Positions 41,297-49,966 of a DNA stretch of 64,000 bases are shown one piece after another. The DNA lies in NCBI GenBank assembly GCA_963975465.1, contig CAXBHB010000011.1:28126-92125 (forward strand), in the 5' to 3' direction. Source of the DNA: an uncultured Chromatiaceae bacterium (GTDB taxonomy: Bacteria; Pseudomonadota; Gammaproteobacteria; Enterobacterales; Alteromonadaceae). Within the stretch, counting starts at the first letter, position 1, and each line of letters starts with the position of its first letter. The position numbers and the translations under genes were made by a program. Under the pieces are notes generated by a model that was given only the letters and a program-made list of their open reading frames with translations, was not told the DNA's origin and ran no database searches.

Positions 41297-41660
41297 AGTT
41301 TCTTGCCTATCGAAGCTCGTACAGAGCGTAGTTATAGTTTTAGGTGCTGCAAAACCAGCCCCCACCAAAACGATATACTGGTTTTTGCTCAAGCTGGTTC
41401 AACAAAAACACGGTGGCAGGTGAACTGAATTTACGCCGGCAATAGTATATATTTCACAGCCGCTTATTACAATTTTTGTTTAGTTTTACCCGGAAAATTC
41501 CGCATACGAAACATTACACAATTAAGGATGGCTGACAATACTACTAGAGTAGAATACTTATTAAGCAAATACGCATTAAAATTGACTTATAGGGGCAGTT
41601 TGCGAGTAGAATAGGTGCAATACCCTTAGAATCCGAAACTACAACAATAGGAGAAATCCA

Positions 41661-42944
41661 ATGACAGATAAAAAGGCCGTCGTGCAGATTGATGGTAAGT
41701 CATTTGAGTTACCGATCTATTCCGGCACGGCTGGTACTGACGTAATCGACGTACGTACGCTCGGGCAGCAAGGTTATTTCACATTTGATCCGGGCTTTAT
41801 GTCAACGGGCTCCTGCGAATCTAAAATTACTTACATAGATGGCGACAATGGTGTTTTGCTTCACCGTGGTTATCCGATTGAGCAACTGGCAGAACATTCA
41901 GATTACCTGGAATTATGCTACCTGCTACTTGAAGGTGAGTTACCCCAGAAGCAACAATACGCGGATTTCGTCACTACTATTACCCGCCACACCATGGTTC
42001 ATGAAAAAATTGCCTCGTTTTTCCAGGGTTTCCGGGTAGATGCCCACCCGATGGCAATGCTTTGTGGCGTAGTTGGTGCATTATCGTCATTTTATCATTC
42101 TGATTTAGATATCAATGACCCGGAGCAGCGTAAACGTAGTGCTCATCGCTTAATTGCTAAGCTACCGACCATATCAGCAATGGCGTATAAGTATACGGTT
42201 GGCCAGCCTTTTGTTCACCCACGCAACGACCTGAGCTACTCTGAAAACTTCCTGCATATGATGTTTTCTGTGCCAGCGGAAGAGTACAAAGTCAGCCCTA
42301 TCCTGGCCAAAGCCATGGACCGGATTTTTATGCTGCATGCTGACCATGAGCAAAATGCCTCAACGTCTACCGTGCGCCTCGCCGGTTCTTCGGGTGCTAA
42401 CCCGTATGCCTGTATCGCTGCAGGTGTAGCGTCACTATGGGGCCCGGCGCATGGCGGTGCTAATGAAGCCTGTCTTAAAATGTTGCAACAAATTGGCTCA
42501 GTCGACAGGATCCCGGAATTTGTCGCCCGAGCTAAAGATAAAAATGACAGCTTCCGTTTGATGGGCTTTGGTCACCGGGTTTATAAAAACTTTGACCCGC
42601 GTGCTAAAGTTATGCGTGATACCTGCCATGAAGTGTTGAAAGAGCTTAATGTCAAAGATCCATTGTTAGATGTCGCCATGGAGCTGGAGCGGATCGCGCT
42701 TGAAGACTCATACTTTATTGAGAAAAAACTATATCCGAACGTTGATTTTTACAGTGGCATTATCTTAAAAGCCATTGGTATACCAACCAGTATGTTTACA
42801 GTTATTTTTGCGATGTCCCGTACCGTTGGCTGGATCTCTCACTGGGACGAAATGCTGGGTGAAAAAGGCCATAAAATTGGTCGTCCACGCCAGCTATATA
42901 CCGGTTATGCCAGTCGCGATTTTAAAGACCTAAACAAGCGTTAA
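41661..42944 (+). CDS. gltA: citrate synthase (type II)
   Basis: 427 aa with [17 protein letters not shown] and [14 protein letters not shown] catalytic motifs. It is divergent from sdhC. Confidence 0.97.
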   Translation: MTDKKAVVQIDGKSFELPIYSGTAGTDVIDVRTLGQQGYFTFDPGFMSTGSCESKITYIDGDNGVLLHRGYPIEQLAEHSDYLELCYLLLEGELPQKQQYADFVTTITRHTMVHEKIASFFQGFRVDAHPMAMLCGVVGALSSFYHSDLDINDPEQRKRSAHRLIAKLPTISAMAYKYTVGQPFVHPRNDLSYSENFLHMMFSVPAEEYKVSPILAKAMDRIFMLHADHEQNASTSTVRLAGSSGANPYACIAAGVASLWGPAHGGANEACLKMLQQIGSVDRIPEFVARAKDKNDSFRLMGFGHRVYKNFDPRAKVMRDTCHEVLKELNVKDPLLDVAMELERIALEDSYFIEKKLYPNVDFYSGIILKAIGIPTSMFTVIFAMSRTVGWISHWDEMLGEKGHKIGRPRQLYTGYASRDFKDLNKR

Positions 42945-42968
42945 GCTTGCTTAATCTGCCTTATCGCG

Positions 42969-42999
42969 AAAAAAAGCGGCGACTATCGCCGCTTTTTTT
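42969..42999 (+). terminator. rho-independent terminator after gltA
   Basis: aaaaaaa-gcggcga-cta-tcgccgc-ttttttt. Confidence 0.85.
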
Positions 43000-43082
43000 A
43001 TGGGTGAATCACCAGCGGCTAACTTGCAATATTAGCGCCTAACATCGACAATTCGCCTAACTGGCTAAGCTTCTGAGATAAT

Positions 43083-44300
43083 ATGCAGCATTTCGACCCT
43101 GTAAACTTTCGTGACCAGTTTGAGTATTTTCAGCAAAACCCATCCTGGGTTTATCTGGATAACGCGGCCACGATGCATAAGCCTAAACGCGTTATTGAGG
43201 CGGTTAGCAACTTTTATCAACGCAACAACAGCAATGTTCATCGTGGCGCTCACAGCCTTAGCCAGAAGGCCACCAGAGCGTTTGAGCAGGCACGGGATGA
43301 TATTGCCGCATTTATTAACGCTGAAACGCGTCAGCAGATTATTTTTTGCAGTGGCGCGACCGCAGCACTGAATCAAATTGCGTTTGGTCTGATGCATACG
43401 CTGCTGCAACCAGGTGATCGGATCCTGATAACCGCGCTGGAACATCATGCCAATATTGTTCCCTGGCAACTACATTGCACCCGCTTTGGCGTCATACTTG
43501 ATGTAGTGCCACTGAATGCTGACCATCAGGTAGATCAGCAATCATTTACTACGATGCTGGCCAACAAACCCAAGCTGGTGAGTTTTAGCCACGTCTCGAA
43601 TGTACTGGGCCATGTTCAGCCAATCGCAGACATGGTGCAGCAAGCTAAAAAGGCCGGCGCGATTACGGTTATAGATGGTGCTCAGGGTATCGTGCATGAA
43701 CAGGTTGATGTGCAGGCGCTGGATGTCGATTTTTATGTCTGGTCATCACATAAACTGTATGGCCCTACCGGCAACGGTGTATTGTATGGCAAAGCCGGCT
43801 TATTGGAACAACTTACGCCAATTCATGGCGGCGGCGAAATGATTAGCGAAGTGCAATTTAGTCACAGCTTATTTAACATTTTGCCATTCCGTTTAGAAGC
43901 CGGTACGCCTGATATTGCCGGCGTTGTCGGCATGGCGGCTGCAGTTAACTGGCTGCAAAAATTTAACATTGATGAAATAAAAGAATATAAAGCAATGTTA
44001 TTAAAACAGTTTTTTTCAGGTCTTAGTAAAATCAACGGACTGGATATTTTATCATCGCCTGTGCATAATGCCGGTATTGTAGCGCTTAATGTACAAGGTG
44101 AGCACCCCGCCGACGTGGCAGAGCTGCTAAACCAGCAACGTGTCGCGGTAAGAGCAGGTCAGCATTGTGCTATGCCGCTGTTTCAACAGCTGGGTTTAGC
44201 CGGAGCCGTCAGGTTTTCGTTGGCCCCCTATAATACCGAAGCAGATGTAACAAACAGTCTGCAAGCCCTGGCGCAGGCGGTGGAGATTTTAACGGCATGA
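43083..44300 (+). CDS. csdA: group II cysteine desulfurase (CsdA type)
   Basis: 405 aa with the PLP Lys context SSHKLYGPTG and the catalytic Cys loop RAGQHCAMPL. It is followed by a SufE-like acceptor gene and faces tcdA. Confidence 0.85.
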   Translation: MQHFDPVNFRDQFEYFQQNPSWVYLDNAATMHKPKRVIEAVSNFYQRNNSNVHRGAHSLSQKATRAFEQARDDIAAFINAETRQQIIFCSGATAALNQIAFGLMHTLLQPGDRILITALEHHANIVPWQLHCTRFGVILDVVPLNADHQVDQQSFTTMLANKPKLVSFSHVSNVLGHVQPIADMVQQAKKAGAITVIDGAQGIVHEQVDVQALDVDFYVWSSHKLYGPTGNGVLYGKAGLLEQLTPIHGGGEMISEVQFSHSLFNILPFRLEAGTPDIAGVVGMAAAVNWLQKFNIDEIKEYKAMLLKQFFSGLSKINGLDILSSPVHNAGIVALNVQGEHPADVAELLNQQRVAVRAGQHCAMPLFQQLGLAGAVRFSLAPYNTEADVTNSLQALAQAVEILTA

Positions 44301-44740
44301 CTCTGGACCAACTACTTACTGATACTAAACCAGCATTGACTCAAATCTACAGTGACGATTTACCTGAACTGACGGAGACTAGAGACTGGCAAAGCAAATA
44401 TCGGATCCTGATGCAACTGGGTCGTAAACTGCCGCCGATACCGGAAAAGATGAAGCAGCCGGCTTTTTTGGTAAGAGGTTGCGAGAGCCGCGCCTGGCTG
44501 ATGCATTATTATAACGAGCATCATGATCAACACTTCTTTGTGCTGGACAGTGAGGCTCGTATCGTCAAAGGTTTAATGGCGATTATGCTGTGTCTGGTAA
44601 ATGGTATGAGTAATGCCGAGCTAAAGAAATTTGAGCTGGCGCAGGCTTTCGACAAGCTTAAACTGAAACCTTATTTAAGTCAGTCACGTAGCAGTGGTTT
44701 AGCCGCCATGATGCACCGCATTAAAGATTGTTGTCATTAA
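44297..44740 (+). CDS. csdE: SufE-family sulfur acceptor (CsdE type)
   Basis: 147 aa with the acceptor Cys context LVRGCESRAWL. It overlaps the csdA stop codon by 4 nt. Confidence 0.85.
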   Translation: MTLDQLLTDTKPALTQIYSDDLPELTETRDWQSKYRILMQLGRKLPPIPEKMKQPAFLVRGCESRAWLMHYYNEHHDQHFFVLDSEARIVKGLMAIMLCLVNGMSNAELKKFELAQAFDKLKLKPYLSQSRSSGLAAMMHRIKDCCH

Positions 44741-45551
44741 GCTTTGCTGCATCATTCGCTTTAGTCGCGATTTTTTGTAGCACTCTGGCAGCGGCGGCCA
44801 GCCCAAAACTGGCGGTGACTACTGTTGTCGCGCCAAAGCCACCACTGCAATCCAATCGCATACTGCTCACTTCACCGTCAGCATTTAGCTGAGGGGTTTT
44901 CTGCTGACAAACAGTTCCATCAGCTTGCGGATAAACTAACTGTTCGGTCGAGTACACACATTCGATACCAAACCGGCGTTTTGGATTGCGGCTGTATTGG
45001 TAATCGCGCCGTAAGCTGTTGCGAACCTTTGCCAGTAACGGGTCGTTAATCGTCTGGGTCAAATCGGCGATCTGGATCCGGGTTGGGTCTATCTGACCGC
45101 CCGCGCCCCCGGTGCAGATCACTTTAATTTTGTTGCGCTTGCAATGAACCAGTAGTCCAACTTTGGCTTTAATAGAATCAATTGCATCAACCACGTAATC
45201 CAGCTGCGGCGTAATCAGCTGCTGTAAATTATCAGCAGCAATAAAATCTGCTACCTGATGCACAACGCAATCCGGATTAATAGCGTTAATCCGCGCCGCC
45301 ATCACCGCCACCTTATCCTGACCAACAGTGTCTGTAAGCGCATGCAATTGCCGGTTAATATTGCTAATACACACATCATCAAGGTCAATCAGGGTTATTT
45401 TGCCTATACCAGAACGTGCCAGCGCCTCGGCAACCCAACTGCCCACGCCACCAATGCCGACCACACAAACATGGGCTTTGGCAAAAGCAGCTAGCGCATT
45501 ATTGCCGTATAAACGGCCAATACCGGCAAAACGGAGTAAATAATCAGACAT
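44721..45551 (-). CDS. tcdA: tRNA cyclic t6A (ct6A) dehydratase TcdA/CsdL (ThiF/E1-like)
   Basis: 276 aa with the E1-like ATP-binding motif VVGIGGVGSWVAEALARSGIGKITLIDLDDV. It partners genomically with csdA-csdE. Confidence 0.85.
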   Translation of the reverse strand: MSDYLLRFAGIGRLYGNNALAAFAKAHVCVVGIGGVGSWVAEALARSGIGKITLIDLDDVCISNINRQLHALTDTVGQDKVAVMAARINAINPDCVVHQVADFIAADNLQQLITPQLDYVVDAIDSIKAKVGLLVHCKRNKIKVICTGGAGGQIDPTRIQIADLTQTINDPLLAKVRNSLRRDYQYSRNPKRRFGIECVYSTEQLVYPQADGTVCQQKTPQLNADGEVSSMRLDCSGGFGATTVVTASFGLAAAARVLQKIATKANDAAKLNDNNL

Positions 45552-46281
45552 TATGGGTAGAAACCTGCTGCGGTTGTTGTTTAGATTGCTGTTTGGGTAG
45601 TTGATAATCAGGCCAGATTAGCTGCCAGGGCTCTGCCCAGCTTTGCCAGGCATTTAAACCGGCTAGCTGCTGAAAATACAAGCCGTCAGCCGGTGGCTGC
45701 ACATACTGGTAGTGCTGACCGTTAAGGGAAAAACATAATGCATAAGCATGCAGATAAACCCGGTCGGCAGCCTCAGCCTGATACAGCGTATCACCGGCAA
45801 TAACAGCACCGACGCTTTTTAACGCCACCCGGATTTGATGAGTTTTACCACTGTAGGGCTTAATCAGAAATGCCCGCAGGGGCAAATCGGTGAACCCCTG
45901 ACTAATAAAATAACTGACCGCAGGGTTGTGTTGGGTTTTTAATAGTTTCCAGGCGCCGCGACGGGCCGCGCTCATATCGCCTTTGACCCACCCCTGCTTT
46001 TTAGCTGGTTTACTCAGGCTTAACGCCAGGTAATACTTTTCGATCTGATGATCACTAAACTGCCGGGTTAATTCAGCGGCAGCGTCGCGGGTTCTGGCCA
46101 GCATAATCAGACCTGAAGTCACTTTGTCTAACCGGTGAACCGGATACAATTTGTAGCCCAGCTGCTGCTCGGCCTGCACCACTAAACCTGCGCCATTTTC
46201 AGAATGGAAGCTGACACCAGCGGCTTTATTCAGCACTACAAAGTCAGCTGTTTCAGCAATCAGTGCAACGCTTGTGCTCAC
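45544..46281 (-). CDS. RluA-family pseudouridine synthase (specificity unknown)
   Basis: 245 aa with the catalytic motif [14 protein letters not shown] and GKTHQIRV. The GTG start forms a GTGA overlap with the kdsB stop codon. Confidence 0.8.
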   Translation of the reverse strand: MSTSVALIAETADFVVLNKAAGVSFHSENGAGLVVQAEQQLGYKLYPVHRLDKVTSGLIMLARTRDAAAELTRQFSDHQIEKYYLALSLSKPAKKQGWVKGDMSAARRGAWKLLKTQHNPAVSYFISQGFTDLPLRAFLIKPYSGKTHQIRVALKSVGAVIAGDTLYQAEAADRVYLHAYALCFSLNGQHYQYVQPPADGLYFQQLAGLNAWQSWAEPWQLIWPDYQLPKQQSKQQPQQVSTHNV

Positions 46282-47033
46282 TGCTGCAAACTCCGGGCAT
46301 ATTGGCGGGCCTGCTCTAAATCGGCAGGAGTATCTACGCCAACAGCCGGTGTTTCCAGGGCTGTATCGACATGAATGGCTTCACCCTGCCAGAGTACCCG
46401 CAGTTGCTCCAGACTTTCGATTTGTTCCAATGCTGATACGGGCCAATCAACATATTGCTGAATAAACGCCGCCCGATAGGCATAGATACCAATATGCCGA
46501 CGATAATGGCTGGCTAAATCGTCAACGACAATGCCGTCCCGGTCATACGGGATCGGGCTGCGACTGAAATACAGCGCTTAGCCTTGCTTATCTGTGACAA
46601 CTTTGACGATATTAGGGTTGCGAATTTCTGCGCCATGACTCAGCGGTACCGCCAGAGTTGCCATCCGGGCCTTTTGTTGTGCGGCCAGGTTTTCAGCAAC
46701 CTGGCGGATAATCAGAGGTGGAATAAAAGGCTCGTCTCCCTGCACATTGACTACTATGGTATCGGGTGCTAGCTGCAGTTTACTGATCACTTCGGCCAGA
46801 CGCTCAGTACCTGAATGGTGATCGGCCCGGGTCATACAGACTTCGCCACTAAAGGCATCTACCGCATCAGCCACCCGCCGGTCATCAGTTGCGACCACAA
46901 CCCGGCTGGCACCACTTTGCAGGGCCTGTTGATATACCCATTCGATCATGGGTTTACCGGCAATATCAGCCAGTGGTTTACCCGGTAAACGACTACTGGC
47001 GAAGCGTGCCGGGATCACAACTAGGAACGCCAC
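46278..47033 (-). pseudogene. kdsB: CMP-Kdo synthetase kdsB, full length but interrupted by one in-frame TAA (46578-46580)
   Basis: GTG 47031-47033 opens the frame [21 protein letters not shown]...VKVVTDKQG, which ends at TAA. The same frame then continues [15 protein letters not shown]...[15 protein letters not shown]...[12 protein letters not shown] to TGA 46278-46280. That is 251 codons in total, the normal KdsB size. The stop falls where E. coli KdsB has Tyr (..EGYALYFSR.., from memory). Confidence 0.85.
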
Positions 47034-47218
47034 TTTTTAACCTCATCGCTGGTCAATTGCTCCGCTTCATCGGCGATCAGTACCGGAATATTCTTGCGTA
47101 CCGGATAGGCCAGTGCATCTGCCAGGCAAATTAAGCGTTCACCCTCTTTGTCATATTTAAGTTTCCCCTTACATAACGGACAGGCAAGAATTTCAGTAAG
47201 CACAACATTAATGGCCAT
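47021..47218 (-). CDS. ycaR: Trm112-family small zinc-ribbon-like protein YcaR (UPF0434)
   Basis: 65 aa reading [25 protein letters not shown]...[17 protein letters not shown]. It lies between lpxK and kdsB, as in E. coli. Confidence 0.85.
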   Translation of the reverse strand: MAINVVLTEILACPLCKGKLKYDKEGERLICLADALAYPVRKNIPVLIADEAEQLTSDEVKKWRS

Positions 47219-47220
47219 AA

Positions 47221-48186
47221 TTACTCCAGTACTCTGGTAATTTTGTTGATTATTTCCGTGGTATCAGCGTCGCTGAAACGGGCGGCAACCGGCAAATAAT
47301 ACCAGTTGTTACAGGCAAAGGTCTGGCATTTCACCGCATCTTTTTCGGTCATCAATACCGGGCCGGCTATCCCGGCAAAATCTGCGGCACTAAATTGGTG
47401 ATGATCAGCAAAAAACCGCTCGGCCAGCACCGTAAAACCCGCCCCTTCAGCACTGACCTTAAAACGTTGTGGGTTACCAATACCGGCTACCAATGTAACC
47501 TCAGTCACTGCTAACCCGGCATTTCCCTGCAAACTAATGGCGTTACTGCTGTGCAATTGCATCTGATAACCCGCCTGAGCCACCTGACCAGAGTTAGCAA
47601 TAACCATATCAACCTGTGCCAGACGATTGCAGGACTCGCGTAGCGGCCCTGCCGGCAGCAACCAGCCGTTACCAAAACCACGTTTGCCATCTACCAGCAC
47701 AATTTCCATATCCCTTGCCAGGCGATAATGCTGCAGGCCATCGTCACACAGAATAATATCGACCGCGGCCTGCTTCAGTAACGCACGCCCCGCTGCAACC
47801 CGGTCAGGGCAGACCACCACCGGGCAATTACTGCGCCGCGCCAGCAACAAGGGTTCATCGCCAACCTCTGTTGCCAGACTGTCTGCCGTTACCAAAATCG
47901 GCGCGGTAATACGGGCACCATAACCGCGACTGATAATACCGGCTTTAATCCCTCTGGCCGCTAATTGCTGACACAACCACAGGGTAAACGGCGTTTTGCC
48001 GGTACCGCCAACACTGATGTTGCCAACAATAACCACCGGCACGTCCAGTGTATAACAGCGCTTGATACCTAACCGGAATAAGTGTCTTCTGCCAACGCTA
48101 AGCAGCCAGTACAATGCAGTGAACGGTAGCAGTAGCCAGGACAGCCAGTGACCGCGCTGATACCAGCTTTGTTCCAGTAAATTCAT
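47221..48186 (-). CDS. lpxK: tetraacyldisaccharide 4'-kinase
   Basis: 321 aa with the P-loop GNISVGGTGKTP. It overlaps the msbA stop codon by 4 nt. Confidence 0.93.
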   Translation of the reverse strand: MNLLEQSWYQRGHWLSWLLLPFTALYWLLSVGRRHLFRLGIKRCYTLDVPVVIVGNISVGGTGKTPFTLWLCQQLAARGIKAGIISRGYGARITAPILVTADSLATEVGDEPLLLARRSNCPVVVCPDRVAAGRALLKQAAVDIILCDDGLQHYRLARDMEIVLVDGKRGFGNGWLLPAGPLRESCNRLAQVDMVIANSGQVAQAGYQMQLHSSNAISLQGNAGLAVTEVTLVAGIGNPQRFKVSAEGAGFTVLAERFFADHHQFSAADFAGIAGPVLMTEKDAVKCQTFACNNWYYLPVAARFSDADTTEIINKITRVLE

Positions 48187-49934
48187 TGCTCCGCGCCAAA
48201 CTGCATTTTATAAAGCTGAGCATAGGCACCATCTGCTGCCAGCAGCACGCTGTGCGTACCCTGCTCAATGATCCGCCCCTGCTCCATCACAATAATTTTA
48301 TCAGCCTGCTCGATGGTAGACAGCCGGTGCGCAATAACAATACTGGTACGCCCCTTTAGCAGCTCATTTAACGCCGCTTGAATTTTACGCTCTGATTCAG
48401 TATCCAGCGCAGAGGTGGCTTCATCCAGCACCAGGATAGGCGCCTGACGCAGTAAAGCACGGGCGATGGCAATACGCTGCCGCTGACCGCCAGACAGGCT
48501 AACCCCATTTTCACCAATAACGGTGTCCAGGCCTTCCGGTAACTGACTGGAAAACTCCAGCACATGCGCTTTATCAGCAACCTCCAGCATACGCTCTGCA
48601 CTCACCGGCTCAGTCAGGCCGTAGCTGATGTTATTGGCGATAGTATCGTTAAACAGCGTAACGTGTTGCGAGACAATAGCCATCTGACTGCGCAATGAAC
48701 TTAGCGTGCACTGCCGGATATTCTGACCATCAATAGTGATGTCACCGCTGGTAAGCTCATAAAAGCGCGGTAATAAACTGGAAATGGTCGTTTTGCCACT
48801 GCCGGAGCGGCCAACCAGAGCAATGGTCTGGCCGGCTTCAGCACTGAAACTGATATCAAACAATACTTGTTTTTCGTGGCCAGGATAACTGAAGTTCACC
48901 TTGTTAAACTGAATATCGCCGCTAATTTCGCTCAGCTGCTGGGCGCCGGTATCCTGCTCTACCGGCGTATCGAGAATAGTAAATACACTTTTTGCTGCTG
49001 CCAGGCCACGCTGAAACTCGCTATTGACGGTGGTCAGTTGCTTTAGCGGCCGCAGCATCATCATCATCGACGCTACAATTGTGGTGAAAGTGCCGGCAGA
49101 TAAACTTTCCAGCATTTCCGGAAAGCTGGCCAGGTAAACCACAAACGCCAAAGCAAAAGAGGCAATAACCTGAATCGTCGACACACTGATAGAACGGGTC
49201 GCTTCCATCTTAACGTCTTGCTGACGGGTTAAATTATTTACTTTAAAAAACCGCTGCTTCTCAATTTGCTGGCCACCAAAAGACAAAATCACTTTATGTC
49301 CGTTCAGCATTTGCTCTGAGCAGGTGGTGACGTTTCCCATGGCAGTTTGAATATTGCGGCTAAGCAGCCGGAAACGCTTCGACACAAAACTGACGACCAC
49401 TGCAATAACCGGGGCAATCAGCAGAAAAATAGCCGATAACTGCCAGCTCATTAAAAACATCATCACCAGCAAACCCGTAACAAAAACACCTTCCCGCAAC
49501 AATACGGTTAGTGAACGCGAGGTCGTTTGCTTAATTTGCTCTGTGTTATAAGTGACTTTAGAAATAAGCTCGCCGGTAGAATGCTGATCGTGAAAACTGA
49601 CTGGCAGGCGCATATAGTGTTCAAACAGTTGCTGACGTAATGTCTGAACCACATGGGTACCAACCCAATTCAGACAATAGCTGGCAACAAAATTAAATAC
49701 ACCGCGCAAAATAAAGATAAGCACGATAAACACAGGCGCGTAGCGTAGATAATCGGTATTTTTATCATTGATGCCTACATCAATAAACTGGGGTAGTTTC
49801 GAGATAAAATAAACGTCAATCAGGGCATAACCCAGCATGCCCACTGTTGCAGCCAGAAAGCCAAACTTATACGGATAAATATAGCGTAACAAACGCCGGG
49901 CGGTTCCAGTTGAGTTAATTTCAGAAACTGACAA
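48183..49934 (-). CDS. msbA: lipid A/LPS flippase ABC transporter MsbA
   Basis: 583 aa. It has a six-TM domain plus an NBD with Walker A GRSGSGKTT, the signature LSGGQRQR and Walker B ILVLDEATSALD. Confidence 0.95.
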   Translation of the reverse strand: MSVSEINSTGTARRLLRYIYPYKFGFLAATVGMLGYALIDVYFISKLPQFIDVGINDKNTDYLRYAPVFIVLIFILRGVFNFVASYCLNWVGTHVVQTLRQQLFEHYMRLPVSFHDQHSTGELISKVTYNTEQIKQTTSRSLTVLLREGVFVTGLLVMMFLMSWQLSAIFLLIAPVIAVVVSFVSKRFRLLSRNIQTAMGNVTTCSEQMLNGHKVILSFGGQQIEKQRFFKVNNLTRQQDVKMEATRSISVSTIQVIASFALAFVVYLASFPEMLESLSAGTFTTIVASMMMMLRPLKQLTTVNSEFQRGLAAAKSVFTILDTPVEQDTGAQQLSEISGDIQFNKVNFSYPGHEKQVLFDISFSAEAGQTIALVGRSGSGKTTISSLLPRFYELTSGDITIDGQNIRQCTLSSLRSQMAIVSQHVTLFNDTIANNISYGLTEPVSAERMLEVADKAHVLEFSSQLPEGLDTVIGENGVSLSGGQRQRIAIARALLRQAPILVLDEATSALDTESERKIQAALNELLKGRTSIVIAHRLSTIEQADKIIVMEQGRIIEQGTHSVLLAADGAYAQLYKMQFGAEQ

Positions 49935-49966
49935 TGGGTGATCCTGCCATTTGAATTTTGCTTATT

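Noticed and set aside
40935-41392. N-terminal extensions offered by the ORF track for sdhD (to 40964) and sdhC (to 41392). The same applies to yceD (to 4175), crbS (to 18027), the HAD phosphatase (to 5500) and the DUF1456 gene (to 25997).
   Set aside because: The extensions have no counterpart in the homologs I remember, and some overlap the upstream gene. Internal starts with better Shine-Dalgarno context reproduce the expected protein lengths.
43065-43469. A 134-aa minus-strand ORF overlapping the csdA start region.
   Set aside because: It is antisense to the conserved N-terminus of csdA and has no homology-like features.
46278-46577. The C-terminal 100 codons of kdsB considered as an independently translated split gene.
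   Set aside because: There is no ATG or GTG and no Shine-Dalgarno sequence after the TAA; the first in-frame TTG lies deep in the segment. An interrupted single gene is the simpler reading.
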